From Octopus vulgaris (lineage: Eukaryota): a stretch of 64,000 bases of DNA. The DNA lies in contig OX597823.1 in the NCBI GenBank assembly GCA_951406725.2, positions 53,382,001-53,446,000 on the forward strand, read 5' to 3'. The notes under the pieces were generated by a model, which did no database searches, was not told the origin of the DNA, and saw only the letters and a program-made list of their open reading frames with translations. Below are positions 1-15,084 of this stretch, in pieces; within the stretch, counting starts at the first letter, position 1; each line of letters begins with the position of its first letter. The position numbers and the translations under genes were made by a program.

Positions 1-262
1 CAATCTGCGGCGTGCTGTGTTCTTGAGGAAGACACTTTATTTCACGTGCTCCAGTCCACTCAGCTGGCGAAAATAGGCTGTACCTGTATTTCAAAGGGCC
101 AGCCTTGTCACATTCTGTGTTACGCTGAATCCTCCTGATTAACTACGTTAAGGGTACGCGTGTCTGTGGAGTCCTCAGCCACTTGCACGTTAATTTCACA
201 AACAAGCTGTTCCGGTGATCGGATCAACTGGAGCATTCATCGTCGTAACTGACAGAGTGCTC
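1..262 (+). mobile_element. SINE family C, head cut by window edge
   Basis: Matches the reverse complement of the full copies at 17940-18263 and 40294-40628 (GTGTTCTTGAGGAAGACACTTTATTTCAC ... CTACGTTAAGGGTAC ... CGTCGTAAC). Confidence 0.85.
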
Positions 263-299
263 GTTCTTTTATATTCGTTTGTATTTATTATGTATATAC

Positions 300-428
300 A
301 TACGACAGGCTTCCACGTAGTTTCCACCAACCAGATTCATTCATAAGGCATTGGTCCTCTCAAGGCGTCGCGCTGTAGGACTGAACCCGAAACCACGTGG
401 TTAGAAAGCAAGTTTCTCGACCACACAC
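300..428 (-). mobile_element. SINE family A, degraded head fragment
   Basis: GGACTGAACCCGAAACCACGTGGTT...CCACAC is the reverse complement of the family A tRNA-like head. Confidence 0.7.
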
Positions 429-702
429 ATATTTTAGGCTGCATTTTCAATGCTTGAGTACTTCACCAAACTCCAGTAAGCTTTTATATGGAAAAGCCAA
501 GTTTTGTGATGAGCGGTAAAGGTGCTGGTGGTAGTAGTGAGAGGAACGGGGAAACGAAAGAGCATGCGAACTAAGCACGTGACCCAGTATGGATTTCCGG
601 TTCTAGTCATTGCATTTCACTCACATAGATTTTTGTCTCCGGAAATATATGAAAACCATGCAACCACGTTCGGAAGGCATTCGTAGTTTTGTTGACAATA
701 TG

Positions 703-1290
703 GCTGTTGCTGTTGTTTAACCCCAGGAGGTCAGCCCTGGTAGAGCAGGACTATGATTAAAAATGTCTTTTTAACATTATAATATTTAATGTATCCTCTT
801 TTCCTTATTTAAAACAAGAATAGGTTAGTGATTTTAGAAAACTGTAGCAGTTATTTCTAGTAGTTCGACCAACCAAGCAGCGAGCTATTCTTGCAGCTGT
901 TTAGCCCTAGGTCAGCTCTGTACGAACATGCTTATGATGAAACGTGTGTCAGCCGTGACCATCAAGAACGGATTTTTTTTCTGGATATAATTCATCTAAC
1001 ATTACATCATTCAATGAGTCCTTCCTTTCTAAGACTGTAAAGGTATGATTGAAGAAAAACTGACTGTGATTTCTAGAAGATCAAGTCACCCCTTATAGAT
1101 TCCTGAGTAATTCAATTGTCCAAGTTAAATCGTGAATGAACAGAAATATGATCAAGGACATTCCAGCCATGACTGTCACAACATTATAGTAGTTACTAAA
1201 ACTGCATTAGCTGATGTGTTCTTGCGTTTCTTTTAAATAGTACGATGTAGTGGTATGATATGAGGTAAATTTGGCTGCTATTTCAACCAT
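703..1290 (-). mobile_element. Three tandem diverged copies of old repeat family F (~200 bp, (CAA)n tail)
   Basis: Units start at ~705, ~895 and ~1115. They share CCC(C/T)AGG..TCAGC / TATGAT / CAGCC(G/A)TGAC / TGATT..GA..AA..T.GC..(C/T)TATTTC blocks. Related fragments occur at ~11450-11640, 29180-29340, 33170-33280, 38430-38580, 47110-47280 and 55640-55700. Confidence 0.6.
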
Positions 1291-1325
1291 ATTCAGTGGT
1301 AATTTAATAAAAAGACACTATTGGA

Positions 1326-1635
1326 GCAGCAGGCCACGTGGTAAGATGTTTGCTTCCCAACCACATGGTTCTGGGTTCAGTCCCACTATGTGGTACCTTG
1401 AGCAAGTATTCTCTAGTATAGCCTTCGGGTCAACCAAAGCCTTTTGAATTAATTTGGTAGATGGAAACTGAAAGAAGACCATCGTCTGTGTGTGTGTGTG
1501 TGTGTTTGCAATTGACAATTGATGTTGGGTTGTTTACGTCCTTCCAACTTAGCGGTTCGGCAACAGAACTGCACGACTCAAACCTTCAAGGCGGTGCCTC
1601 AATATGGTCGCAGTCCAATGAATGAAACAAGTAAA
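1326..1635 (+). mobile_element. SINE family A
   Basis: A-box/B-box head (GTGGTAAG..GGGTTCAGTCCC), GGAAACTGAAAGAAG core, internal (TG)n, tail GGCGGTGC..ATGGTCGCAGTC..TGAAACAAGTAAA. Confidence 0.85.
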
Positions 1636-1907
1636 TGACAAATGATGGAAGACGGCAGAAATGGGTAGACATCTGGCAAAATTTGCCAAGGCATTTTTCT
1701 GTCACATTTACGTTCGAGTTTCAACTCCTAACTCGGGTTCGTTCTGCTTTTAATCCACCGGGAATAGACGGAAGAAGTTTTCAGGTAAATTTTAGTGGTC
1801 ATCCCACCCTCCTCTCCCTCCTCCATTGCAATGGTATTACAACGCGGTGGACAGCATCTTCATTCATAGATATGTTTCCGTAGAAGCGGCAATTGAATAT
1901 TTATATA

Positions 1908-2313
<406 letters not shown>

Positions 2314-2607
2314 ATTATTAAAAAGTAGCAAAACTATCACAAAAACTGCTACTTTTTAGTAAAGCATATAACTCTACCTCCGGTATTCGAGCACTGTTTT
2401 TTCCACCTTGTCTCGCATTTATGTGCTTACTCAGGTATATATATATATATTTGTGTGTGTGCGTGTGTGTATGTGTGTGTGTGTATACATACAGACATAC
2501 CTTTAGATAAAATTCATTTGTATATCCATTTGTACATATATTTATGTGTACATATACATAAATATGTATGTGTGTGTATACGGGAGTTTATGACTGTGTG
2601 TGTATGT

Positions 2608-2648
<41 letters not shown>

Positions 2649-3904
2649 CGATCATGCAAATACATAGGTATGTAATTATACAAATATAAACTGCACATAA
2701 GAATATGAATAAAAATTATGCGTGTGTATATTTATATGTCTGTAAATACATCTGCCTACATATATGTACACACAATTAGATATTTATATACGTGTTTTGT
2801 GTTAGCGTGTATACTCACATGCATACACATACACAAACACACACACACATACACAAACACACACGCAAGCACATCACACATATTGTTCTGCAGTAAGACG
2901 CACATACACACACATCTTCGCGTCAGTTTCCCCCCGAAATCTTCAGCTTCCTCTAAAAGCTTTCATGGCTTTAAAAATATATCTTTTCTTGCCACTTAGC
3001 ATACATGTCAATAGTGATTTGCACAAGTCTTTTATAGCAGTCATAGCGAACAAGCAATGCCATGTTGTTATCGTTCTGATCAATGCAAACCAATCATAAT
3101 GATTCTCATACAGAAATTACGCTAAAACGAGCGTCTATGAAGACGAAAATGTAAGTCAGTCCAGATTCGTTCTATATATCTTTACGTTTATCGCGTTCTT
3201 TTGGGAATCTTTTCGGTTACAGATATTAATGTTGGCGTTGTTGCTCTTGACACGCTCATACAAACACAGACACACATACACAGGCCCATACACGTATGTG
3301 TGTGTACGTGTGTATGTGTGTGTGTGTGTGTGTGTGATTTTGTTGTTTTTTATTTAGTTTCTTCAGGTGTTACTTTTATGTTTTGTTTTTGCGGATTCGT
3401 TCTTGTTTTTTTTTGCTTTTCTTTGTTTTTGTTTTTGTTTTTTTTGTTTGATTGTTTTTTGTTTTATTCCTTGTAGAAAGGAATAGCTGTGATATATTCA
3501 AGAATTTAACAAAACTTTATTTGTGATTTTTCGCTATTATGGAAGCTACGTTGTGTTTCCTACTCGCGCACAGACACTCTCACACACACCCACACATGCA
3601 CATATATAAACACATCCATTGATACTTATATATGTACACACACACATGTAAATATATGTGTGTGTATGCGCGTGTGTGTATGTATGCATGTATATATGTA
3701 TGTATGTGTGTATGTATTAATGTTTGTTTTATGTGAACATATAAAAATAATTTAATATAAAACTGAAAAATTATTTCATATTTTTTCGTAGCGTATAAGA
3801 CTATTAAACTTCGAAGTGTTCTCGTAAAAGTGTATGTATACATGCAAGCATGTATGTTTGTATATACGTATGCATACATGCATGCATATATGTATGTAAG
3901 TATG

Positions 3905-3928
3905 TATGCGTGTGTGAGTGTGTGTGTT

Positions 3929-3996
<68 letters not shown>
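3905..3996. repeat. (GT)n microsatellite
   Basis: Direct inspection. Confidence 0.95.
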
Positions 3997-3999
<3 letters not shown>

Positions 4000-4795
4000 A
4001 TATGCGCACACACAGACAGACACAGAAAGCGCACGCGGAAGCAAGTATGCATATAGGTGCAAACAAAATGGAGTAAAGAATACTTCATATTAAAAACAGA
4101 AAGAAATGTCAAACCTCAATTGGAAACTGAAAAACTTCATAAATCGTTACTCCGAGTTTCACGTTACCTTTGTTCGTCCGAAGCTATATCAGAAGACATG
4201 TCCCAATGTGCTGCGCCCTAGGAATGAACCTGGGAACTACGAGGACGAAAAGCGCACTCTTCTTTCCCATACACACATGTCTTTGTCTATGGATGTTTGG
4301 TTAGCTGGATGGATGGATGGATGGATGGATGGGTGGACGGACGGGTAAATGAATTTGTGTATGTATGTTTTTGTGAATGTGAATATGCATGTATGCATGT
4401 GCGTGTGTGTGTGTATATGCATGTTACTTCAACCCTTTTAGAGAGAGAAAAAAATCGATTTATCTATGCTTTATGAGCATATTGATATTATATGAAAACA
4501 TATACCAAGGTAGTGAATTGGCGGTATATATTCTGTATTCCTGTGTTCTGAGTTCAAATCTCACGGAGGTCAACTTCGCCTTCATTCTTTCGAGGTCAAT
4601 AATAAACATGTATTAAACTACTGCGGCAGGTTAACGAAAATTTTAGAGTGTCGTGTGGTATATCTCTCCCGGCTCTTTGAGTTCTGACAGTAACTCTGCG
4701 ATGATACACTGTTGGGTACTAAACTGCATCGTCCCATGCCTCTCCCCTCTCTCTCTTTCGGAGAGGCACAAGCACCTACACGCACATATACACAC

Positions 4796-4953
4796 ACGGC
4801 AGTAACTTCCGCCTGCCGAATTCAATCACAAAGCTTCGGTCGGCTCGGGGCTATAGCAGAAGACACCTACCCAAAGTGCCACGCAGTGGGACTGAACCCG
4901 AAACCATATAGCTAGGAAGCAAGCTCCCTAACCACACAGCCATGCCCGCGCCT
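4796..4953 (-). mobile_element. SINE family A, 5' half
   Basis: GTGCCACGCAGTGGGACTGAACCCGAAACC...ACCACACAGCCATGCC is the reverse complement of the head. Confidence 0.85.
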
Positions 4954-5247
4954 ACTACTCCATCAAACAATTTCAGTTTGGCAAGTTTCTCGTATTCAAT
5001 ATATTTTTTAAACATTGTTTAAGTTTTCACCTGGGAGAAGGATTTTTCATGTGCAGTTACACGGTCTCACTAAACATATAGGACCTTACTCCTAAATAAC
5101 ATGCACATACACACACAAACATATACACACACATTCATGCACAAACACACATACACATACATACATACACACACATTCACGCACAAACACACACACACAT
5201 ACACACATGTATATTTTGTATGTGTGTATGTATGTATGTATATTCCC

Positions 5248-5657
5248 TTCTACTCTTTTACTTGTTTCAGTCATTTGACTGTGGCCAAGCTGGAGCAACG
5301 CCTATATTTGAGCAAATCGACCCCAGGACTTATTCTTTGCAAGCCTAGTACTTATTCTATCGGACTCTTTTGCCGAACCGCTAAGTTACGGGGACGTAAA
5401 CACACCAGCATCGGTTGTCAAGTGATGCTGGGAGGACAAACACAGACACACAAACGTATACACACACACACATACATAAATATATATATATATATATATA
5501 TATAGTTAAGTTAAGTAAATTTTTTGGCTCAAAAAGCTATGCATACATACACATATACGAAACATCTATAGTAGAAGACACTTGCCCAAGGTGCCACGCA
5601 GTGGGACTGAACCCGGAACCATGTGGTTCGTAAGCAAGCTACTTACCACACAGCCAT
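5248..5657 (-). mobile_element. SINE family A, central part replaced
   Basis: Tail at 5248-5460 (TTTTACTTGTTTCAGTCATTTGACTG) and head at 5567-5657. Confidence 0.85.
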
Positions 5658-6155
5658 AATTATTTAAGTTCTTCTTCTGAGAAAAGAGCTGGTTTCTAAC
5701 AAAGACACAAAGCTCCATCATTGGAATGTAGCTAACAAAAACGATATCACATTTTAAACTTGAGAAAAGTCTTGCATATTTTTACTGTTCCACTTACAGA
5801 CTGTATTTGTAATGTCTGAGTTAGTTGGTTGATTTCTTTAACCGAGAGCTGTAGTTTATCCAGATTTGTCACTTAGGCAGTTATTCACAAAATCAAGAGG
5901 ACCAATTATTATTGGTATAAATGAGAATTTATAATCTGGGTATAGAAGCTGGAGGTTTCAAAGCAGTTGTCCATAGTTATCCCTTTTGAAGCAGTTGCCC
6001 ATGTATGTATGTATGTATGTATGTATGTATGTATGTATGTATGTATGTATGTATGTGTGAGTGAATGAGTGTATCAGGATCGGTGCGTCGGACAAAACAT
6101 AGCTTGTGATATTGTTTCAATTCGGTCATGTCACCTTACGCTTATGTAAAAATTA

Positions 6156-6209
<54 letters not shown>

Positions 6210-6212
<3 letters not shown>

Positions 6213-6396
6213 AAAGGTTACGAAAATAAACAAAAGACGAAGGCAGGTGGAGTACAAACAAACAAATGTATTCGTATAGCGCTCAGGAATAGTAAAAGTC
6301 TTTTACGTTTCGAGCCTACGCTCTTCGACAGAAAGATACACAGAAAAAACAAGGAGAGAAAAAAATGCGTGTAGGAGCTAACGATCTATCATGGCG
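6210..6396 (-). mobile_element. Penelope-like element terminal (pseudo-LTR) fragment next to (TA)n
   Basis: Carries a minimal hammerhead-like motif (6299-6336) and abuts a (TA)n tract. Its start resembles the fragment at 14132-14187 (..AACAAA..GTGGA..ACAAA..TAGTAT). The family assignment is inferred from the ribozyme motif. Confidence 0.6.
6299..6336 (-). ncRNA. Minimal type I hammerhead ribozyme-like motif (atypical core)
   Basis: Minus strand reads UCUUU-CUGUCGA-A-GAGC(GUAG)GCUC-GAAA-CG-UA-AAAGA. Stem I is UCUUU/AAAGA, stem II is GAGC/GCUC, stem III is palindromic ACGU, and the cleavage triplet is GUA. The core differs from CUGANGA (A6->U, one extra A). Confidence 0.6.
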
Positions 6397-6784
6397 TTAC
6401 TGACGGCAAAGCTTGAAGGCAATGCAATACTCCAGCGCGGCCGCATAAGAGTTCAGTAGCTTGAAGAATAAAGAATATAAAAACAAATAAAAAAACTTTC
6501 ATGCGCTTAAAGTTTGGTGGAAACGTTAGAATGTTCATAATATACTCGAAACCAACATAAGTATAATGACATATCGCCGTGAACAAATACTTTCTCTCCA
6601 ATACCAAAGCAGTTGTGTAGCATTATTTGAAAAAAATTTGAATTGTTTGCCAAACCAAAATGGCAGATTGGTTTGTGGAATTTCTTAGTATGGATATGAT
6701 GACCTTCTTCTCCAAGTAGAATAATTCTTGCTTGTAGTTGATCTGTAAAAGAAAAGGGAGAGAGAGAGAATGATAGATAGAGAG

Positions 6785-6831
<47 letters not shown>

Positions 6832-7054
6832 AAAGAGAGAAAGAAAGAGAGAGAGAGAGAGAAAGAAAGAAAGGATGAAAGAAAGAAAGGAAGATAGAAA
6901 GAAAGAGAGAAAGAGAGAAAGGAAGAAAGAAAGAAAGAAAGAAAAAGAAAGGAGGAAAGAAAGGAAGAAAGAGAAAAGTATATGGCCTGACATTATTCAA
7001 ATAATGTCAATTGTTCTGTTAACGTTTAGCAAAGTAAAATTATTTAGAGTTGAT

Positions 7055-8272
<1,218 letters not shown>

Positions 8273-8296
8273 GACACATATACACACGCACACACA

Positions 8297-8590
8297 GCTG
8301 GGTAAACCATGAATAAGAAATTTCTCATTCAATTCAGAAGACTCCCTGAAACTTGAACTCGTGAACCCCACCGCAAACCTACACAGACAAAACGTTTATA
8401 AGAGAACGACCAAAGAAAAATTTCGTTAAGACCTCAAATTTGAGTACAACCTATTAAACCTGCCCAAAAATGTTTTTCTTCCTCACTCCCCCCAAAATGC
8501 TTTCTAATACTTCTAATATTTGATAAGATTGATACATCGAAACCGGTTGTATTTCATTAAACATTCTCTAAAATAAACTTCTCTGTTTGG
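8297..8590 (+). mobile_element. Degraded Penelope-like 3' end with fossil hammerhead motif (8515-8553)
   Basis: AATAT-TTGATAA-GAT(TGATAC)ATC-GAAA-CCGG-TT-GTATT followed by AATAAA. This is two transitions away from the CTGATGA core. Confidence 0.5.
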
Positions 8591-8815
8591 TCTAGCCTGG
8601 GGTTAAACAACAACAGGAACATTAACAAAAATGGTGTCTCATACAAAAAGAGATGCTCAGGCTAATACAGAATGAGCTTTGCGTTCATAGAAACACCAAA
8701 CCAAACACATTCTGACTTAAAAGTACATACATACACACGTGCGCGCGCGTATACACACACACACAAACATTCATACATGCATATAATACATATATACATA
8801 GAGAGACAGACAATT

Positions 8816-8879
<64 letters not shown>

Positions 8880-9181
8880 ACGAGCGCGCCCACATCGACG
8901 CAACGACACATTTCCTTAGATGCACATTCACACAACACTGACCAAGGAATAAACACACACACATCGACCCAAGCACAAACACATCCATACACACACACAC
9001 AAATAGACACGCACACACGCGCACACACACACACACACACGAGTAAACACTGACAGACAAAACACCACAAACAACCATTTAAACATACACACAACAACGA
9101 ACGTACCAAGCACATATAGCGACAACTCAAGCCCACATGCAAACCATACACACAGACATACAAACATACACTCACACACAG

Positions 9182-9219
<38 letters not shown>

Positions 9220-9616
9220 TTTCCCTGACATTATCTTAACATCTTACTCTCTTTCTTTCTCTCTCTCTCTCTATTTCCTTGACCATTCTTCGTCCACTAC
9301 CGCCTGCTGTCATGTTCACTGGTCAGCATGCTAGGCTTCCTCACGCGGCTTGGCCTGCCTTATTCCAGCAGGCCGAAATTTTTTTTTATTTTATTTTATT
9401 TTATTTTTTATTTTTATTTTTATTTTTATCTTCTTAATATATCAAGGCACATTTCCTTCTAAATCAGAACAAAACCAATAAGGCGAGCAAAGTTACTATT
9501 CATCTCCATGGCAAACTGAAATACTAAGCCGTTTTCTTTCGGTCAGCTCTCTATTTGTGTGAGTGTATGTGTGTGTGTGTGTGTGTGTGTACAAGCTGGT
9601 GGCTGATGTCATTGGT

Positions 9617-9680
<64 letters not shown>

Positions 9681-10469
9681 CTGTTGTCAATGTTGTCTTT
9701 GCTTAATCAATATAGTCACAGATGCCAAACTGACATCTTTTTTTCCGGTGACAGAAACCTATTTTTATGACGACTTGGAAACGCAATTCTTGCTTGTGGC
9801 TTCTGACTAACAAAACCTGCTAGAAAAAGCAGTCAAGCAAGGCCCCCAAATAAATTACGTTCTTGGCGTCTATACGTATGAGTTTTTATGTATATGTATA
9901 TGTAATATTATACTATTTAATCCAACAATGAAACGGTTGCGATGGTCCATCTTTTTCTGTTGAATATAAGCCGAGGAGCGCTTAGCTGTATTCTCAATAT
10001 TTAAACTGGAAAATAATTATATCTCCATGGAAAATATATCTCCACCTGGATACTACATACAAGGAAATTCCCCTAACAAATGGACGTTATTAAAGATAGA
10101 CAACTGCGTGTTAACTGAGGTTATTTAGTTTAAAGTCATTAACCAAACAAGAGGTGTCTGAACCAGAAAAGACAAGACCAACGGCGGATCTGAACTTTTT
10201 CCCAATGGGTTGATTGTTCAATACTTTATCTAAGCTGCAACTAAAGTCTCAAATCCATTAAAATATTCAACCAATTTTTTTCAGTCAAACTTCACCTGAT
10301 TCATAAGATTTTTTTCTCGCAAATTACAACGCCCAAAAGCATCAATCGAAGCGGTGCAACTATTCCTCTCTTCGATAGACCGTGTTCCTATAGTATGTAT
10401 CCTTGACCCAGGAGCGCTTAGCTGTAATCTCAGGATTTGAACTGGATAGGAAGTAAGTCGGAGTGAAGG

Positions 10470-10612
10470 ATATCGATCCCAGTACTTGACTGGTATTTAT
10501 TTTATCGACTCCGAAAGGATAAAAGACAGAATTTGAACTCAGAACGTAACAACGGATGAAATACCACCAATCATTTTGTCCGGCATGCTAACGATTCTGC
10601 CAACACGCCGAC
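10470..10612 (-). mobile_element. SINE family B
   Basis: CCGAAAGGAT..GAATTTGAACTCAGAACGTAAC..GCTAACGATTCTGCC. Confidence 0.8.
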
Positions 10613-10980
10613 TTAACTAGTACAGTTATTAAAACGTTGGATAGAATGACTTACAATATTCGTTTCGGTTCTCAGCTCACTGAGTTCAACTCATGCTAAA
10701 ATCATTCCTGAAAGAATCATTCCTGAAAGAGCTAATTGTAAGTCGGTTGAACGAAGACGTATGATGAAGCACGATTTTCTGTACAGTTGTTATTTTATTT
10801 TATTTGCGCATATGTTTGTTTGTTTGTTTTTTTTCTGTCTAAACAATATTCTAGCTGCAACCATTGCTTCTTCATTTCTGATATGCAGGATGTTCATAAA
10901 CTATCTTTACAATTTGAAAAATTCAGAAAAAAAATAAAAAATGAAAATAAGGATAACTCGAGTTTATTGGAAACATAGCC

Positions 10981-11105
10981 GCAGGCGTAGCTGTGTGGTA
11001 AGAAGCTTGCATCCCGATCACATGGTTCCGGGTTCAGTCACATAGCCTCGGGCAACAAAAGCCTTGTGAGTGAATATGATCGATGGAAACTAAAAGTAGC
11101 CCGTC

Positions 11106-11142
<37 letters not shown>

Positions 11143-11326
11143 TGTGTTTGGCCCCCATCACCGCTCGACAACCGGTGTTGATGTATTTAGGTTCCCCTAA
11201 CCTAGCGGTTCGGCCAAAATATAACTCAATTTGGATAAATTTGTTCGACTAAAAGCCCATCAAGGTGCTGCTCCAGAATGGCCGCAGTCAGATGACTGAA
11301 ACAAGTAACAGAATAAAAGGATAAAG
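10981..11326 (+). mobile_element. SINE family A
   Basis: GCAGGCGTAGCTGTGTGGTAAGAAGCTTGC head, internal (TA)n, tail GATGACTGAAACAAGTAACAGAATAAAAG. Confidence 0.85.
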
Positions 11327-11687
11327 AAGTAAATTTTTAATACGAAAAACCAGTACCCTTCCATTATTTGCACTCTCGACACTAAATTGCGGTTAAGATA
11401 ATTTATGGACACCTTGTATTATTATTATATCCATTTCCTATTTAGGAAGAAAAGACGAAGGGTAAAAGTAGAGGGAAATTGTCTGCTATTTCTTGCAGAT
11501 TGGGTGCAAAGTAGAGGCTTCCAGATTGGCTCATCCTTATTAGAAAACATTAGAAAAAAACAGAGGCGTTTAGGACTGAGACATCACGGTCGTCTGTTTG
11601 ATAAGAGGTCACCTGCGGTTAATAACAAAAATAACAGATAAAATTTATTTATTGATATAAGGGCAACGATTGGCAGAATTGTTATAT

Positions 11688-11920
11688 ATATGTTTGAGTC
11701 TTTGTGTTTGTGTTTGTCCGCCACCACCGCTCGACAACCGGTGCTGGTGTGTTTACGTCTACGTAAGTTAGCGGTTCGGCAAAGGAGACCGATAGAATAA
11801 CTACCAGGCTTAGCAAAACGAAAAATAAGCACTGGGGTTCGATTCATTCGACTAAAAATATTTCAAGGCGGTGCTCCAGCATGGTCGCAGTCAAGTGACT
11901 GAAAGAAGTAAAAGATGAAA
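11688..11920 (+). mobile_element. SINE family A, 3' half
   Basis: ACAACCGGTGCTGGTGTGTTTACGTC..GCGGTTCGGCAAA..GGCGGTGCTCCAGCATGG. Confidence 0.85.
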
Positions 11921-11943
11921 TATATATATATACACAGTAAACG

Positions 11944-11988
<45 letters not shown>

Positions 11989-12184
11989 TATAAATATATA
12001 TATGCATATATACATACATATATGTACATACCTACATATATATGTATATATACATGCATTACATATTTATATATATATATATTTCTGTGTATGAACAAAT
12101 TATAAATATATACATAATAGACATCTCCCTCTCCCATTCTTTCTCTCTCTCTCTCTTTCTCTCTCTCTATATATATATATATTA

Positions 12185-12215
<31 letters not shown>

Positions 12216-12247
12216 TTGTGTGCGTGTGTGTGTCTGTGTGTCTGTAT

Positions 12248-12303
<56 letters not shown>

Positions 12304-12903
12304 GGTTGATTCACCAGTCGATTTCGGTGCATGAGCACTCCATTTTCCATCTCTGAGTGGCAACTCAGAGAGTATATCACAGACACAATTTATGTAATTC
12401 TTAGACAGATTCACTGTGACACAAGATGACAAGGCTGAGAATCTGCCTTAACAACTGTACCGTCATTGAGGCTCTGTTCACTCAGTTTCATTCACAAACC
12501 TTCGGTTGAGCCCCAGAATAGCAGCGAAATAATTGCTCACAATCCGGGAACTTCGTAGTTAATTCAGGCGTACCTGTGTCCACATTCAAAATAATGTTTG
12601 TGTGAGCGCGCGTGTGTATGTGCATATGTGTATATATGTGTGTAAGTGTATGTATGTGTGTGCCTGCTGTGTGCATGTGTGTGTGCATATAAATGAGTGC
12701 ACACACATATATACACACCTACATATATATAACGTATATAATATTTAATATTATATCATCCACATATGTATATATAATACAAACATATAATTATATATAT
12801 ATATAAATTGTAATTATGTACACTCACACATACATGTGCATTTATATAAAAGTACAATATATATATATATGATACACACAGCACACACAAACAAGCACGC
12901 ATT

Positions 12904-13298
<395 letters not shown>

Positions 13299-14055
13299 AG
13301 CAATAAAAAGCTTTCTTTCTCTCACCTTTGAAATTCTTCATTTATTCCCCATATTGAAAATTCTTTACTTTCCAAACTGAAATTAATATCAAATTATATT
13401 CTTTTTTTTAAAAGCCAATTTTGTTTTTGACGATGATGACGGTGGTGGTGGTGATGGTGGTAGTGATGGTGGTAGTGGTGATGGTGGTGGTGGTGACTGT
13501 GACGATGGCGGTGGTTTACTCATTCGTGTGACATGGCGGTGTATTGCAATCGCTATTGTTTGTTCCTGTTATAACCACAAAATATATTTTCTTCCTTTAT
13601 GTAAAACCAGAAAACGGTAGCAGTTATTATGAAAATCAAATGCTAATACTAACTTTTCTCTTAAATCTTAGTAGTAAATTATTGATTAAATTTTCCGTGC
13701 AGTACAGCCACAGAGAATTTTGATATTTTTACTCTGTTCGCTATGTGAATTGATCATATTCTAACGATTATAAAACCTCACGTGTTTACTCAAGGATTAC
13801 GTGGCAAACCACCTTTAATCTATGCAATAGATGAAGTCATTAGCATTAATTATATTTTGGCGGGAGCAGTTGCGTTGTTGAATCAAATGTGAGCATCCAT
13901 GCACTCACATGCGCGCGCACACCTGTACCTTGCCTGTTGTTCCTTCACCTGTTCCTTCACCTGTCTCTGTTTTTTGTACATTTGGATTATATATATACAT
14001 ACATACATAAACGCATATATACGTATATCTATCTATCTGTCTATCTATCTATCTG

Positions 14056-14135
<80 letters not shown>

Positions 14136-14182
14136 ATCCAAACAAGAAAACACAACAACGCGGGGACGTGGAACAAATATAG

Positions 14183-14218
<36 letters not shown>

Positions 14219-15084
14219 ATATATATGTATATATACACACATATATATATATACACACATACACATGCATATGTGTGTGTGTAGTTTTTACCATTTAAAC
14301 TATGTAGAAACAAGCTTGTTTTCCTACCCACTGTTTTTTTTTGTTCTTGTTTTTTTGGGGGGTGGGGTCTCACTTTCCGTTTGTTTCTTTTTTATCTAAA
14401 TTCATTCCTGTGCAATATTCATATCGAAACAATTTTCTGCTTTCCTTTCTCGTTCTTGAATCACTGTTCTGCTATTATTATTCTTAAGTGTTATACCTGC
14501 CTAGTAGGTTATTGTGGAACAACCTTAGGACCCATAATATCTCATCTCTATAAGAAGCATACACTTTCATGGTTTTTTATTAAATTCCATACAGCACACA
14601 AGAAACAATTCCCTATGTTCTTCATATCGTAAGCCCTTCTTTTCCTGTACCCACTCTATGTTGCCATCCCAAGGAAAACCTCGGTCAGCATTATCGACAT
14701 TCAAACCGCGCTATCATTTTAGACCGTGGTTTCGCTTTTGCAATATGATTTGGAGACTCGAGTGCTTCTCTCAAAGCTAGTTATTCTTGCCTTTCAGAAG
14801 TGTGAGTCTCGGTTTCTGCGAGGTATCTTCTCACTTACCCATATGAAAACCCATTAGCTGCTACATGGTGTTGATTCTGCTTGTATTGACGCTGTCGCAT
14901 CGTTGTTTTAGTACATCAGCAATGTTACTCAAAATTGCTCATATCGCCAGCATTTTCTTCAAGGAGTAACTTACATGCTCTCAGAATGTTCTCCAACGAT
15001 GTGCAAACCTTTGTCGTTACACTTCACCAGAAGACGGCAAGGTGGCAACATCGTTACCGCGCTAGACAGAGTGGTTAAAGACTC

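Noticed and set aside
9779-9792. AAACGCAATTCTTG matching the 3' part of miR-219
   Set aside because: The seed end is absent and there is no precursor stem.
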